Shown: positions 1 through 12,873, counted from the whole stretch's first letter. The stretch: 62,527 nt of DNA, filler included, from Sphacelaria rigidula (GCA_964200075.2; 5 parts of 5 records of this genome joined end to end with filler, not necessarily neighbours in it); one strand, 5' to 3'. The notes: generated from the sequence alone by a model not told the origin. Numbers and translations: made by a program.

Positions 1-1
1 C

Positions 2-301
2 GGTGGCCGCCCACTTTTGCGTCTTGCGCTTGTAGGCGCGCACGCGAACCTGCTCACCCGGCTTTATGATGCAGCCTGCGCATCGATAAAGGTTACTCCG
101 GCTGCCTGTAACTCTCAAGTCGGCAATCATAGTGCGCACCTGTGACAGCATGACGCGTTCCAACGCCGTCCTTAACTTGGTCACGTCAGGAAACGAGTCG
201 TCCTTCTTGAGGAGTCGGGGTTGAAACGCGGAGCAGCCCGCGCCGGCGCCGCCTCGTGGCACAATGCGCTTGAGCCATGCGACGACATTGGCGCGTCGGT
301 C
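2..301 (-). pseudogene. Putative Mutator/MuDR transposase N-terminal DNA-binding region (runs off the contig start)
   Basis: Stop-free frame after a TGA at 302-304 reads ...LLKKDDSFPDVTKLRTALERVMLSQ...SRSNLYRCAGCIIKPGEQVRVRAYKRKTQKWAAT. This resembles the MuDR-family pattern L..G..F.....L+.A+...C...+R+.A......W. It is absent from the ORF track because it has no in-window stop. No ATG start upstream in frame. Confidence 0.35.
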
Positions 302-1731
302 TCACAGCGTCGGGTATTCCGAGTTGTGGTCGGGAGGGTGCGTGTTTCGCGATCAGAGGAAGACAGGTGATTGTACAGTCTACGGCGTTGGATTCAGGCG
401 TTCTTGCTCCAATCCTGAATCCGGTCGGTGTCCATCCCCGTTTCCGAGCGGCAAATTGCAGATCCGGCAACGGTCTGATGTTGTCTCCGCATGATGCCGT
501 TCGGGTTGGTGTGTCGGCAAGATGTTCACCCGTGTTCGTTGGATCTTCGTGAGGTCCGGTTCACAAGAGACCTGTATTCATCGTTGGATCTTCCGGGTCT
601 TCGGGCCAACCAACAGGGGGGCTACACTCTTCTGGTCGTTGGGTTTCGGCCTTTTTTGACGGGGAGTAGTTTTACCGGAAATGTTTATGGTTGAGACTGC
701 TCGACGTAACTGGTGCTGAGACGGCGGTACGGTCACACACTTCACAAAAAAGGGTCACCACTTGACAGAAAAGGGACAACAGTAGAACAAAAAAGGGTAG
801 ATATAAATTTGCAGCAGAGGGCAGGGTGTACCCTCCTGTTTTGCTTACAAAAAAGGGTACTTTCACAGGCTCTCATTTTCGGCGCAGTAGTTCAGCCTAG
901 TAACACTTGTGAAAGTGAAAAAAAATGGTCGGGTATGCTGCACAGACACCTTGGGCGTGGGGCTGGGGCGCTGGAACGTGTTTTCGAGGTGTTCAGCCAG
1001 CGTGCAGCGCCGCGCCTCAAAGCGAAAAATGCGCTACCCTTTTTTGCTCCAGAAGCACAAGGGTGTACCCCCTTCTTGTATGTTGCCCTTTTTTTGGCCT
1101 CCAGCAGTGCTCCCGTGGGGCTCCCTCACCAGCCGGGGATGTTTTCCCAATTCATGGGCGAAGTCGATTAACTGGGAAAATGCCGATTAACTGGCCGCTG
1201 GCGTGACCAGTTCAAAATTAATTGACCAGAGCCGCCAGTTCACAGCCCCATTGACTCTTAGCATGGGGTGTTTATGTTGAAGTTCGTTCATGCCCTCATG
1301 GAAGAGGAGGCTAGGCTTGAGTACTTTTATTTTTTCATATCCAAGAGCCGTAGTGTTGGGAGAGAATCGTCGAAAAAGTTATTCGGCTGGAATGGCGTTT
1401 TTTTTGTGTCAATCAGGGTGTGTTTTCTTGTCGTCGCCAGTTTTTGCCGACGTTTTATTCCGGGGGGGAGCGCATTATTTGCGTTGAAAAGTCGCTCAAC
1501 AGCGTGTAACTGCAGCACAGTTTGCCCGTGTAGTCTTGTTTATTTGTTGTATATATGTGTTTTTTGTTTCGTCGGGATACGTCAAGGTAAGCCGTTCGTC
1601 CCATTGTACAGCCGATTATGTGCTTCCGCGCAAAGAAAGTGCAGATATTCGCGAAAATTGAAATATACAGTATTTGGTTTCAAATGATTGATTTGTGCGA
1701 AACAATTGAATGTTTTCGCTCTATTTTTCTC

Positions 1732-1762
<31 letters not shown>

Positions 1763-4400
1763 GTATAGTTGGTGTTTAGACTCGACATGTGTGTATTTTC
1801 TCCGTGTTGTTAACTTCCAGTTTGAAAAAAGACTGCTTTGCCCGGCATTGGTGCAGCATCTCGTCTTGTGCTGTACTATTTTTCGGCGAATAAGAAGAGC
1901 ACAGAGCAAACTATGCACGAACTGTATCGTATAGTACTGTATGTATGTACTCTATACGTTTAGAGCGCTGGTTTCCCATTTCTATACGGTTGCCCTTTAC
2001 TCCATGCGTCTTCGCTGCGCTTCGTTTCTTCTTTTTTTATTGTGTGTGTGGGGGGTGGGTGGGGGGGGGGGGGCAGAATTTGCTTTGGGACGGACAGCAT
2101 CGAGCTATGGAGGAGCAAGCTGCACGCCTTGGTGTAGATCCTGACGCGCGAAGGTGAACATGTGAAAATAAACTTTACGCAGGATAGATGAAGCGTGACT
2201 CGCCTGAAATCATGGGACGATATGATTTGTAACAACCATTGTTTCATCGAGATTGCCTTGGTCAGTTGATTGATTCTCGCCACGTCAAGTGATCTGCGAA
2301 GCTACTTTGCTGGAAGCAGAGCCGAATCATTGATTCCTGTGATATTCAATCTCCCTCCCCTCTCCGTGTTTTTTTATCCGTCATACTGTAAACCCCTATC
2401 TTGTCGGGACGAAACCGTGGTCTCAAGGGATGATTCATGGTTAACATATCTCTCCCCCGGTACTGGACTGACATTTTGTTACCGACGGTCAGATTTTCTT
2501 CGCTACTCATATCCTCACGCTTCCCAACGACGGGAACCTATTCTGCTGAAAACGCGCATATAGTGTGTATATTTGGTGGGATTTGAACCCGCCATCGCTC
2601 GGCCTAAGTGACTACTGTTTTGGTGTACGAGTACAAGTTGCGACACCCCAACGCTGGATCATTGATTTTATTTTTTCATTGAAGGAAGGAGGAAACCAGA
2701 CCCAATTCTTTCCCCGCAAGCGGGTTCGTGTGCCGATGACCCCGAGGCTCGGCTAGACCGCCTCACGGCAGTCATGTGGGGTAGGCGCCTCGAGCCTTCG
2801 GAAAGCTTTGCTCAAGGCAAGTGTGGGGATCAATCTCGCTGAAATCCGCGGACAACTTGGCGCAGTGCACGCGCCGCCCTGCTGTCATGACCTTCGGCCC
2901 TTGGAATTATGGCGGATCGTGTACACTAGGAACAAGGAACTAGCCAGACAAAACCGAATCGTGACTCGTATCATACGTGAAAACGGTCCCAGCTGAGTCA
3001 AGTGGATTGGCCACAGGCGACGAAAGATTTCTGAAGCGGTTGAGGCCTGGCCCAAGCTGTCACCCCGTATCGGCCTGCCCCACTGACTAGACGCATGAAC
3101 GCGGGGGTAGGGGTGGTGATGTCGAGACCGCGTTCCCGACGTTCCGAGCGTTCCGTGACCTCGCTCCATCGAATAATATCCACGAGGATTCTTCCCGTAG
3201 CTTTTGCTAGCCCACCTGATCCCAACCAGAGACCACTCTCGATCCTTGGTAGCCTGTATGTGCCCCACGCCACCTTATATCCACAAGCGCAGAGTGAGTA
3301 ACCTGAGCACAAGCATGAAGCTCACCGTACAGTAGCCAGTACTTGGTCGGAGGACAGTTTTTTCTGTCGGCGATGCCGTCAGTTGATTCTAGTCGCGGTG
3401 CGTGGACGCACCCGTCACACACACAGCAGAAATGGGGTTTCGTTGTGACAAGAAAACAAGAAAAAGGCTGCACGGACTCCAGGGCGGAAAACAGGCCAGT
3501 CGACGGCAGGGTGACGAATGCCTCTCTCTCAGTCGAGCGATCCACGATCCTTCGCTATCCAGTGATAAGAACAGCAGCAGCGTCAAGACACAGCGATATC
3601 TGATAGACGTGGCGACTCACCCAGGAGCTTGACGCCATAGAAGATGCCAGGCAAGCAGGCGTTGACCGTCGAAGACAAGGATCTCAATCCTCCGTGGGCA
3701 GTTGACAGCGGCAAGCAAAAAGCTTTTGTCGCAGAAAATTCCGATTGCCCCTGCGTGTGGCTTGCGGAGGGCTTCCATCTCTAATTCCTCCCTGACAGTC
3801 GATCTCTACTTGTCTGCTGTGTTCTATGGCACCCAGCTCCCTGGTTTCACTTGCCTCCCTGATTGAATGTCCCGTGTCTTGCCGCTGCCGTTACTACTAT
3901 CGAAAAACAAGCGCTCTTCGACCGCCTGGCTGGGGGAGGCTCGTCATCCGGCCGTCAGCTTGCACAATCTCCTTACTGAAGTTTGTGTAGATATGTTATC
4001 GTTCTGTTGTTGATGGCGAAACTCCTTCCCTATCGTGTGTGTGTGTGTGACGGGTGTGTCCACACACCGTAAATGAAGACACGCGCCAAAATCAATACGC
4101 CGGCGACGCCAAATGGGACAGAACTAGCGTCTCACGTCAGACCAGCTACTGTACTGTTAGGGTCATGTTCGTGTTGCCGATGTACTGTCGTGCGAGGCAC
4201 ACACAAGCCACTCAGGATCGCGAGCGGCCCCTTGCGGAGGCGACCGATGCGTGTTGTTTGCAATCCCCCCCCTCCCCCAGACTGCGAGATTTAGCCCGCA
4301 AGTATAGATGAAGTGACGGTAATGGCATAGGCAGTCGTTCGCATATGCATCTCACGCACACCAAATTTGACGGTTGTTGCTGTTGTCACGATGCCGTCAG

Positions 4401-4569
4401 AGCTATCGAGGCCTACAACAAGAAGGACGTGATGCTGTACGATAGAGCCGTCAGGGAGTTCAAACGACGATGTCGCTACTTCGACATCCAAGTGCCCGAC
4501 AATCCCTTCCTGCTGGAGTCGGACACGGTCACAGACGGCGCCGACGTTCCCAAGGACCCGTTAACCTGA
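4401..4569 (+). CDS. Terminal exon of a sulfotransferase-like protein (Gal-3-O-sulfotransferase/Sulfotransfer_2-like C-terminus)
   Basis: Acceptor gccgtcag|A at 4400/4401, then AIEAYNKKDVMLYDRAVREFKRR...DPLT*. The I..N..D..LY..A...F..R pattern is typical of the C-terminal helix of these sulfotransferases. Upstream exons were not identified. Confidence 0.55.
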
Positions 4570-4891
4570 GCGTGATGCCACGAGCAAGAGTTGTGTGTCA
4601 ATCCATGGGGCCGGGGCAAGCCAACGACCGTGTGTGCGTAATATTCCGCTTACCGTGCCCTTCTAGGGCGCTTGATGGTTTTGTACTGTTTTTATCGCGT
4701 GCTGCTGGATGCTTTGCGTCGGATCGACCGATTGGTAAATGGACGGAAGAGAAACGGGTGGGTGATTGCATTTTTCTTGTTGATTTGATTTTCCCTGTGA
4801 AATAAGCCATGTGATCGGTGGGGAAGACTTGTCGAAAAAAGCAGGTGGGATAAGATATAGCCCGTTTGCAGGAATTGACAGTTTTTGTCAT

Positions 4892-4965
4892 TTGGTTAAT
4901 TGATTGATTGATTGTCGCACTTTTACTGACCCTCAGAAATCCAGCCGTGGTCACATGATAGACAG
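4892..4965 (-). repeat. 3' end of a non-LTR retroelement with a (CAAT)n tail; related copies at about 60250-60360 and 61615-61692
   Basis: Shared (GATT)n-GTCGCAC...ACTGACC...GGTCACATGATAGAC sequence occurs in unrelated contigs. Confidence 0.55.
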
Positions 4966-5076
4966 TAGCACTGGTTTACTGTAGGTATCCGGAAAACTCA
5001 GTATTTACAGCAGTCGGTACTCTGGGTACCTTGATATATTCAGTATTTTTGACAGTCCAAAACCCCAGGCACCATG

Positions 5077-5128
5077 CGGTACTCGGTACTCGGTACTCGG
5101 TACTCGGTACTCGGTACTCGGTACTCGG
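5077..5128. repeat. 7-bp tandem repeat (CGGTACT)x7
   Basis: Directly visible. Confidence 0.95.
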
Positions 5129-5739
5129 CACTGCAAGTAATGGTCCCATGGGATCCAGGGTAACTAGGGTACGGTGTCTTACCCTCAGCGCCTATAGTGC
5201 TTCCTGGTGGAGTCATTGTAGGAAACGTTGAGGGGTTAGGGTTGTAGTTAGGTTCGCGACAGTTGTGCGAACAGGCAGGGCCGGCCGTACGGAAGTTTGA
5301 CAAGCACGTGTTTTTGCGCCGTGTGTGTATGTATGTATATTTGCAGCCCTGGATGCCGTGAAAGACGCGAGTATGACCCAACGTAGCTAGTGCTTTCGCC
5401 TCGGTCTTTGAGAGAACGGAATTCATAGAGAGATGTCATTTCTCGAGAGATCGCGATAGTTACAGTAACCCAAGTTTTGGCGGCATGACCGCAAGCATCT
5501 TCGTGAGCGGCATGGTCGCTGCTGCTTTCGACACATTCGACGGTATACCTCTCATCAGACGGGCGTGCTATGCTCCGTCATCGATGGCAATGTCGGCGAT
5601 TGCGGAGAGAGCTGCCAACTCGCCTCCACTTTCCTGGGAAAACGAAATACCGGGTGAACAAAAATATAGTACATTAGCCAGTCCTCTCCCCAAGACAGTC
5701 ATGGGGCGATGAGCATATGGGTCGGTCGGTCGTTCCGGC

Positions 5740-6210
5740 CGGAGTGCTTGTTGTCATATGGTAAAATAGCCTTGTTTTGTGTGTTTTAGTCTAGTAGAGG
5801 CATGCAGTGCGGGTACAGGTTGGGGTCGGAACGTGTGATGCTCGTTGATTGCGGCGTGAAACATGTTGGAAATGCTCGTATTGCGAGGAAGTCGAGTGGA
5901 TTTACCGCCATCCAGCGATCCACCGTTTTGGCAAGAACAGGTGGGATAGCGAACGGCATCGGGTAGCTTGTTTGTTTTAACCATAGGACAACTGGATAGA
6001 ACCATCTGGTTTGGTGCCGGGCGAATTGTACTGGAATCGTTTTCGACCGTTGTAGATCGAGAGCCAATATAGTCTGCGTTTGCTCTTCCCTCTTGTGTGC
6101 GCTTTCTCTTGGGAAAGCTGATGAGGGCCAAATGCCCTCGTGTCGAGGTATGGTCGTAGCTAAGCTGACAGCCAAATTCAAACCATGCAGTTGTCCTCCT
6201 CAGTCGAGTG
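5740..6210 (-). pseudogene. Possible decayed tyrosine recombinase/integrase
   Basis: Across frameshifts the order is GRANADY ... DGSIQLSYG*NK ... IPPVLAKTVDRWMAVNPLDFL ... SISNMFHAAINEH ... RLKHT ... PYD. This loosely fits the R-K-HxxR-H-Y layout. Confidence 0.25.
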
Positions 6211-8070
6211 TGCTGGAGCGAATTGGTGCGTGCTAGCGATGCTTTTGGTAGCATCGCGTGGGAAACCGTTGGAAGGCGTGTTTGGTAGCGGGGGCGTGTT
6301 GTCGGAGCGCCAGCGGTCGTGTTGTTCATGTACTCTTGGTTCTGAAATGTTTAACGTTGGATGTCATCTGTTGATTTTCAGTGTGTGGTCGTGTCATGCC
6401 TTCTGGCCGTCTCGTCGATGTCGTGAATGGGTGTGGTGTTGTTGCTTGATTGGTGTCGTGATCCATGGGCTCTCACTTCGCCTTTTGTTGGGTTTGGTTA
6501 TACAGAGAGAAGCCCAACAAGGAGCTTTTGTCCCTGCATGCATCGTGCCTCGTGATGAGTGCGTCGGACGACGCGTTGGATCTATGCCGTAAATTCCAGG
6601 TTTTCCGTCATGGCATGAGATGTCGAACTTGTGCAAATGGCAACGAAGAGTAGATGCGAACAGACGCGGGTTGACTTCCATTTTTGGTCGTGTCAGCCAC
6701 GAGTAGCGCAAAAATCAATGAGCCGTCGTGTAGTCTCTGCTTATACCAAGCGGAAGAGATGGAGCCGATGGAGCTTCTGATTCTCAGCCGGCGCTTCAGC
6801 ACACACCCCTCTTGGCGCCAGAGGAGTTGTGAGTACTTGGATTAGAATGCAGTAGTACTGGTTGTCATGCATTGCTTCAGGGACGAGGTAGGTTGACGGC
6901 ACTGGAAGAGGCCACGTTCTGCTATTTCCCGCACTTCGCTACACGCTACTCCCGCACCCTGGCTACTGCGGTGTGCGGTCTACTATGGGCAGGTGGTGCT
7001 GCAGACTCCCTTGGACTATCTCCGGACAACTGTGGTGTATTGATCGCCACCATGTTGCTGGCGGCAGGGTCGTTCCGTCATAACAGCCGAAGCACGCTTG
7101 ACCAGTGCGCGGTTATCAGACCGTTCCCGACACTCACATCTTTGTTGACGTCCGCTGAATCGACCGCCTTAATCTCATATGCAAGTAGCACAGGACGGTT
7201 CCTGTACGTGCAATGGCGCTCCTCTGCGCTGCGTTGACCAAATTATGTTCCAACTTCATTTCCTATGAATCTGTTTTGTAGCAGGTATTGATCGATTTCT
7301 TTGGTAATGCTTTGTGCACAAGTTTCACGTGGGAAATAAGGGAAAATGTTCCTACCTTACTTACGACCATCCATACGAGCAGGGTGAATGCGTCGCCACG
7401 CAAGCGAAAGGCAAGCTGTACAGGGTTACGATCGAGCGATTTTGTTCATTGATTCTAATTGAAGTTTGTTTCAGGGTGAGACTGGCACAAATATTTTCCG
7501 AGTTTAAAATTCTTCGGGGGCCCTTTATCTCATTCGAAACACGTGTTACGGCGGATATCGACTGTATGTGTAGTAGGCGTTTTGCAGTACGTGTGGCAAG
7601 TGCAGTAGGTCTTATTCCATTCGCATGTTGGTGTTGTATTCCAATCGGGCGTCCTTGACCGGAGCCCACTGCCCACACAACTTCCAGCACCCAGCAACTC
7701 TCGTTTAGTTACCTAGCTAAGACTAATTAATAACAGAGCTATCAGCCACCACGTGGGGACATATCGCTTGCAAGTAAGTCAAGAGCACCTCTTCTGCACG
7801 TGAAAGTGAGCCCCTGCTTGGCCTTGCGATGCAGTGCTTATCGGACTCGATGGTCTGTTACTCACGAGCTCAAGGGTCATTTCTCTCGGCTGCGATTGTT
7901 CAATGTGGCCAGCCGCTGACCTCGTGTCACCCCAGGCCGGGCGTGTGCTTTGAGAGTGACGCCAGTATCACCTCGTGATCGGACCACGATACACGACTTG
8001 TGAAATATGTGCGAGTACCCAAGGATTACTATTCCAACGTGCTAGGGATACCCTGAGTGGATCTGTAAAC

Positions 8071-8419
8071 AACACGGGATCTTACAAATTGGGGATGGAT
8101 CATTTATTGGGGATGAGAAACCCGGAGAATGAAAGCCTTCGTATCCACATCAATTCTTCAGAAAATGGTTCTATTTCTTCACGTACTGATAGCTATTGGC
8201 AACTGCTACACGCTACAGAAATTTAGTTTTCAATCACTGAAATGTTGGGTTCCTGGGGGAAAAACCAATTTCTGACAGTGTGTAGCAGTTGTCAATAGCT
8301 ATCAGTAGGTGAAAAATGAAACCATATTTCGAAGATGTCGTATGGATACGAAGGTTATAATCCTCCGGGTTTCTCATCCCCAATAAATGATCCATCCCCA
8401 ATTTGTAAGATCCCGTGTT
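8071..8419. mobile_element. Foldback MITE, AACACGGGAT family
   Basis: TIR AACACGGGATCTTACAAATTGGGGATGGATC... and its reverse complement, with arms of about 150 bp. TSD AAAC at 8067-8070 and 8420-8423. It is inserted in a copy of the GAGTG family; an uninterrupted host sequence is visible near 37790-37830. Confidence 0.9.
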
Positions 8420-11244
8420 AAACGGGGATGTCGTGACCCATATTCTTGTGTTACGGATCGCAGCGTGGCGTGATGGAGATAGTACGATGATGGGCCGTCG
8501 GTTTCAAAACGACACTATGCCCGGAGGGCTGATTGCGGGAACTAGCTAGTACCGTGGTCAGGGGTGAAGGCGGTGTAATCCGTCAAAAGACGGCATACAT
8601 AAACATGCCTCTTTACATCTGGTTGGATTCGGTTCTTTACAAGAACCGATCCAGCTGGCACCCTGGGATTCACTCTCTTTTGAATGCTGAGGTAAATCCC
8701 ACCAAGTGGAAAAAAAAATCGAATCGACCTGACGCGGTGATCAAGATATCGTGACGTTCGTCGTGTATCGTTCTGCATTGGACTTTCCCACGTGCTGTGA
8801 GCTTGCATTTGTTTCAGGCATAACGGTGAGACTGTAACGAGGTTGGTTCAGGCAACGAGCAGATAGATGCAAGAAGATCGGCATGATAGTAAAACAAACT
8901 TTGTGCACGAATGGAATGGTGAAATGTGTAACCCTACAGTAAAAGTAAGTCATATCATGCATGAGCTAGCGAGACATCGTAACTTGCATGATTGAAATGC
9001 TTTTGTTGTTCGCTCTAGTACTCGGCTTGTACAGCAGAGACATGCATGTGGACGACCACTATGGTCAACACTATTCTGTTTGTATCGTGGTACTTCCAAC
9101 CGGGACTATTGTGTCACACTATATCATTTATCTGTGGGTTTTTCAGGAAGGTACCATGCTGCAGGAGGAGGAGATGTTTAGCAACGGCTCAAGGATTCGA
9201 GTTTCTTTATATGCTTTGAAATATTAAACAAGAATACATCATGCAGACGACAAAGGCTACCAGATACAATTTTGGAAAGAGCTTCAAGATGAGTCAGCTG
9301 TCCAAGCGGGAGGTTGAATTTTGAGTGCGTACACGTAAAATGAATGGAGAACATAAAGCACCGCCACATACGTAAGTAAAAGGGCTCATACCCATACAGC
9401 TAACAATATAATGGCGGGCCGTTTGAGTTAAAATCCAGACCCGTCCGAAAAACGACGTCTGTTTTTCTCCTCGAGGTCGTGGACCAAAAGTAAAACCGAG
9501 GCGTTACCCGGGGATGTAAAAGTAAATCAACTGGTCAGCAGGCGATCGCGTATACACTTCAAGTCGCTGCCTGCTGGGTTTATCCGGCGCCACTGAAGAT
9601 GTGTGTCTACAGAGTGAAAATGACGATCATTGTTTACCGCTGGGCTTCATGTGTCTATCTATGTTACGGTAAAACAGCATGTGAAGGAAAATTTCGCGTG
9701 TAATTAGTCACCTGCGTAGGTACATAAAAATTAGGTCAGGCACGATACTGCTACATGCTGACATCGTCTCCACACCAAGCTATGAAACAGCTGTAGTCTT
9801 GCTGTGTACAACGCACAGGTGTGGTGGTACACCATCCGTTTGCAGTGAGGTAAAAAAACATGGAGGCTTGTATATCGTGCAGCGGATATTGGAGGTGCGC
9901 ACCCTCCTGAAAAAGTCAACTAATCAAGTTGCCCTGCACCTCACAAAGGCCCGTTCACCGATGAAAGATTTTTAGATGAAGATTTTAGATACCAACGACC
10001 TATATCTTTCGATGCACGAGGTCCTTTCACAACATAAAATGATGTTTCCAGGCGAAGACAAGACACCCGTTCGGACTACCATGCTACAGCTGTGAATGGT
10101 CGTCATCGCTGTGATGAGAGGTAGCTAATGCATGTCTGCAACCACGGGAAACCCCACACAAGCAGTCGTGCCGAGAGCATTGTTGTACGATGTACAAAGA
10201 AACTATCCGTATACATATATTTTTAGTATAATTACGGATGATCTGACCATTGGATTGACCGCCAGCGCTCGAGTTCATGGGTTGAAGAACTTGGCAACGT
10301 GATCAACCAACCTGGTGCTGCCATGACAGTTGTAACCCATGGAGGAAAATATCGTGACGATTAAGGTTCATGGCATTCGTGCTACCCGCTTGTATTCAGT
10401 TCACGGTTATTGGATACCGTGAGATGGCACTTGGCGCATGCTATCGGGAGGGTTAGATTCAAGTTTATGAGCCGTCACTAGTGTGAAACGTCAGGCTGAC
10501 TATGATGCCTAACGCAGCGTGCCGGTGCTATCTCGGATGTATCAATTCTCAGACGGCGATAGAGTGAGGAACATGGAGCCGTGATGGGTGTATTCACAAT
10601 TCAAGCGACTTCTGATGTGGGCTGTGGTGTAGAGTGTAATGAACACCGATCTAAGTGCATTGCGCACCAGGCTACAGCTGTGGTTGCACCTTTTGAGACT
10701 CGCGCTTATCTCGCTTTGAGTAATCCAGACTGATACTTTTTCTAGAAAGAGCCGTGGAACTTTTTCTGGAAAGAGCTGGATTTATTAACGATTGTTGATT
10801 CGACAAGATCAAGGAAAGATTTTGAGAATCTTCATTCCGCTACACCGGACGTGGAACCTACCACGCAACAGCGGCTGTGCGCTCAGTTATTGCCAGGTGA
10901 TGCAGATGCAAAGGGCAATATTATGTGGTCCTCAGCCATCGTGTTACCGTTACGATAGTCTACCGATGAGACAAGCAACCCTGTGATTGCTAAACGCGGG
11001 GATCACGACATATGGGCAGTCAATTTTTCTAAAACAGGGTCGTGACATTAAAGTATACCTTCTACAGGCGACCGGTTGATTGGGTTGTGACTGCGCTTAC
11101 AAGGAGGGCGGTATATAATGACTGTATTGACTGTTCACAGCCCAGTACGAGAATATCGCTGAACTCCTTGACTCTGTATTCAATCTAGTAATGCACATGT
11201 AGTGTGCTTTTCAAGGAAGAACAAAAAGGATCCACACGTAGGAC

Positions 11245-11820
11245 AGCTCATGAGCTAGCTCATCTACGGGTGGTAGCTCACTTGTAGTCAAACATGTACA
11301 TGTGAGCTACGTCCAATAGCTCAACACAAGGCGAACGTGCGCTGATGAGCTACGAGTTGGTAGCTCACCCAGGAAAACATGTGTAGCTAATGCAGCTCTC
11401 ATAGCTCACCCAGGGCTAATATGAGCTGGTGAGCTACGGGTTGGTAGCTCACCCAGGGCAAACATGCGTAGCTCATGCAGCTCTCATAGCTCATCCAGGA
11501 CGAGTTTGAGCTGATGAGCTACGGGTTGGTAGCTCACCTATCGCAAACGTGCGTAGCTCATACAGGTCCCATAGCTCATCCAGGGCGAATATGAGCTGAT
11601 GAGCTACGGGATGGTAGCTCACCCAGGGCAAACATGTGTAGCTCATGTAGCTCTCACAGCTCACCTAGGGAAAATATATGCGGATGAGCTACGCTCGATA
11701 GCTCACCCGAGGCAAACATGTGTAGCTCACGCAGCTGTTGTAGCTCACCCGGGGGGAAAACATGAGCGGATGAGCTACGCGCGGTAGCTCACCCCAGGGA
11801 CACATGGTCGTGGCTCACTC
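11245..11820. repeat. 85-bp tandem satellite (about 6.5 units) rich in TGAGCTAC/GTAGCTCA hairpins
   Basis: GAGCTACG recurs at 11347, 11431, 11516, 11601, 11686 and 11772. Each unit has two related halves of about 42 bp. Confidence 0.9.
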
Positions 11821-12263
11821 ACGTCATCTGCCTAGCTCGCCGCTGGCAAACACCGTGTCGCTTATGATGCAACATTCTTGTTGGAACGGATGGTGCTACA
11901 TATCACTAGGATGTGATGTTTGACCTCACATTTCGCGATAGAAAGAGAAGAAGCCAACACATCCTCGTTCGCTTGGTCGGATGGTAAAAAACAGTATTAA
12001 TATTCAGTGTCTACAATAATCGTCTGACTCATTTCTTTTGATCGGTTGGCCGCGAGGGTTCGAGTCCATCTGGTTATGCATACGTTTTTCAAGTGAAATT
12101 GGGGCCGATTCAACAGATTACTTATGCTCGCTGTCAAGAGGTTAGCCCTTTGACCGCGAGGGTTGGCGGTTTGATAAATCGGCATAATTCATTTGTTTTT
12201 TCGGGGGTGAATGACGCCGATTCAGAGACCTCCTTATTTGTTCTTTGCGACAACGTTTGACAG

Positions 12264-12428
12264 ATCTTGAACGGCTACTAACAACGGCTACCATGAACGG
12301 GAAACCCACCACCGCTGCGGCCACATCCACCACAGACACTCGCGCCCCCGCAGCTACTGCTGCCACTTCTGCGACCACTGCGCCCACAGCCGCCCCTGCG
12401 CCGGCTCATACCACCGCCGCTCCGCCGG
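12264..12428 (+). CDS. Possible exon encoding an Ala/Thr/Pro-rich segment (truncated by contig end)
   Basis: Acceptor-like ttctttgcgacaacgtttgacag|, then open frame LERLLTTATMNGKPTTAAATSTT... Confidence 0.3.
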
Positions 12429-12528
12429 NNNNNNNNNNNNNNNNNNNNNNNNNNNNNNNNNNNNNNNNNNNNTTAATTAATTAANNNNNNNNNNNNNNNN
12501 NNNNNNNNNNNNNNNNNNNNNNNNNNNN
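12429..12528. other. Artificial contig linker N44-TTAATTAATTAA-N44
   Basis: 100-bp spacer with stops in all six frames. Confidence 0.98.
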
Positions 12529-12873
12529 ATAATTACGTACACCTCTTTCGAGCGGAAATCCTCGACCTCGATCTCTCCAAAATGCGACGACTTTGAGCTC
12601 GACGGCTCTATCAAGTATCCCGGAAGAAACAAAATCACATGATTCTAACGGCACTACTTCTTCAATCGACGACTCCAGCCCCGCACATTCTAGATCCCCC
12701 TTCGATGGTGATCCCTGTCAACCAAAGACGATCATTTACGAAAGCGCCAACGGCCGTGCCACACCTGGAAATAATTAACGTTCATCCCCTTCTCTGGTGA
12801 GATCTCTGACCCACCGGCGGATCACCCGCCGTGCGTTTTTGCTGTCAGCCCCGCTGATCCTGACCAGTTTACC

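Noticed and set aside
11245-11820. CRISPR-like array (palindromic repeats at regular spacing)
   Set aside because: The intervening sequences are themselves repeated rather than unique spacers. There are no cas genes and the context is eukaryotic.
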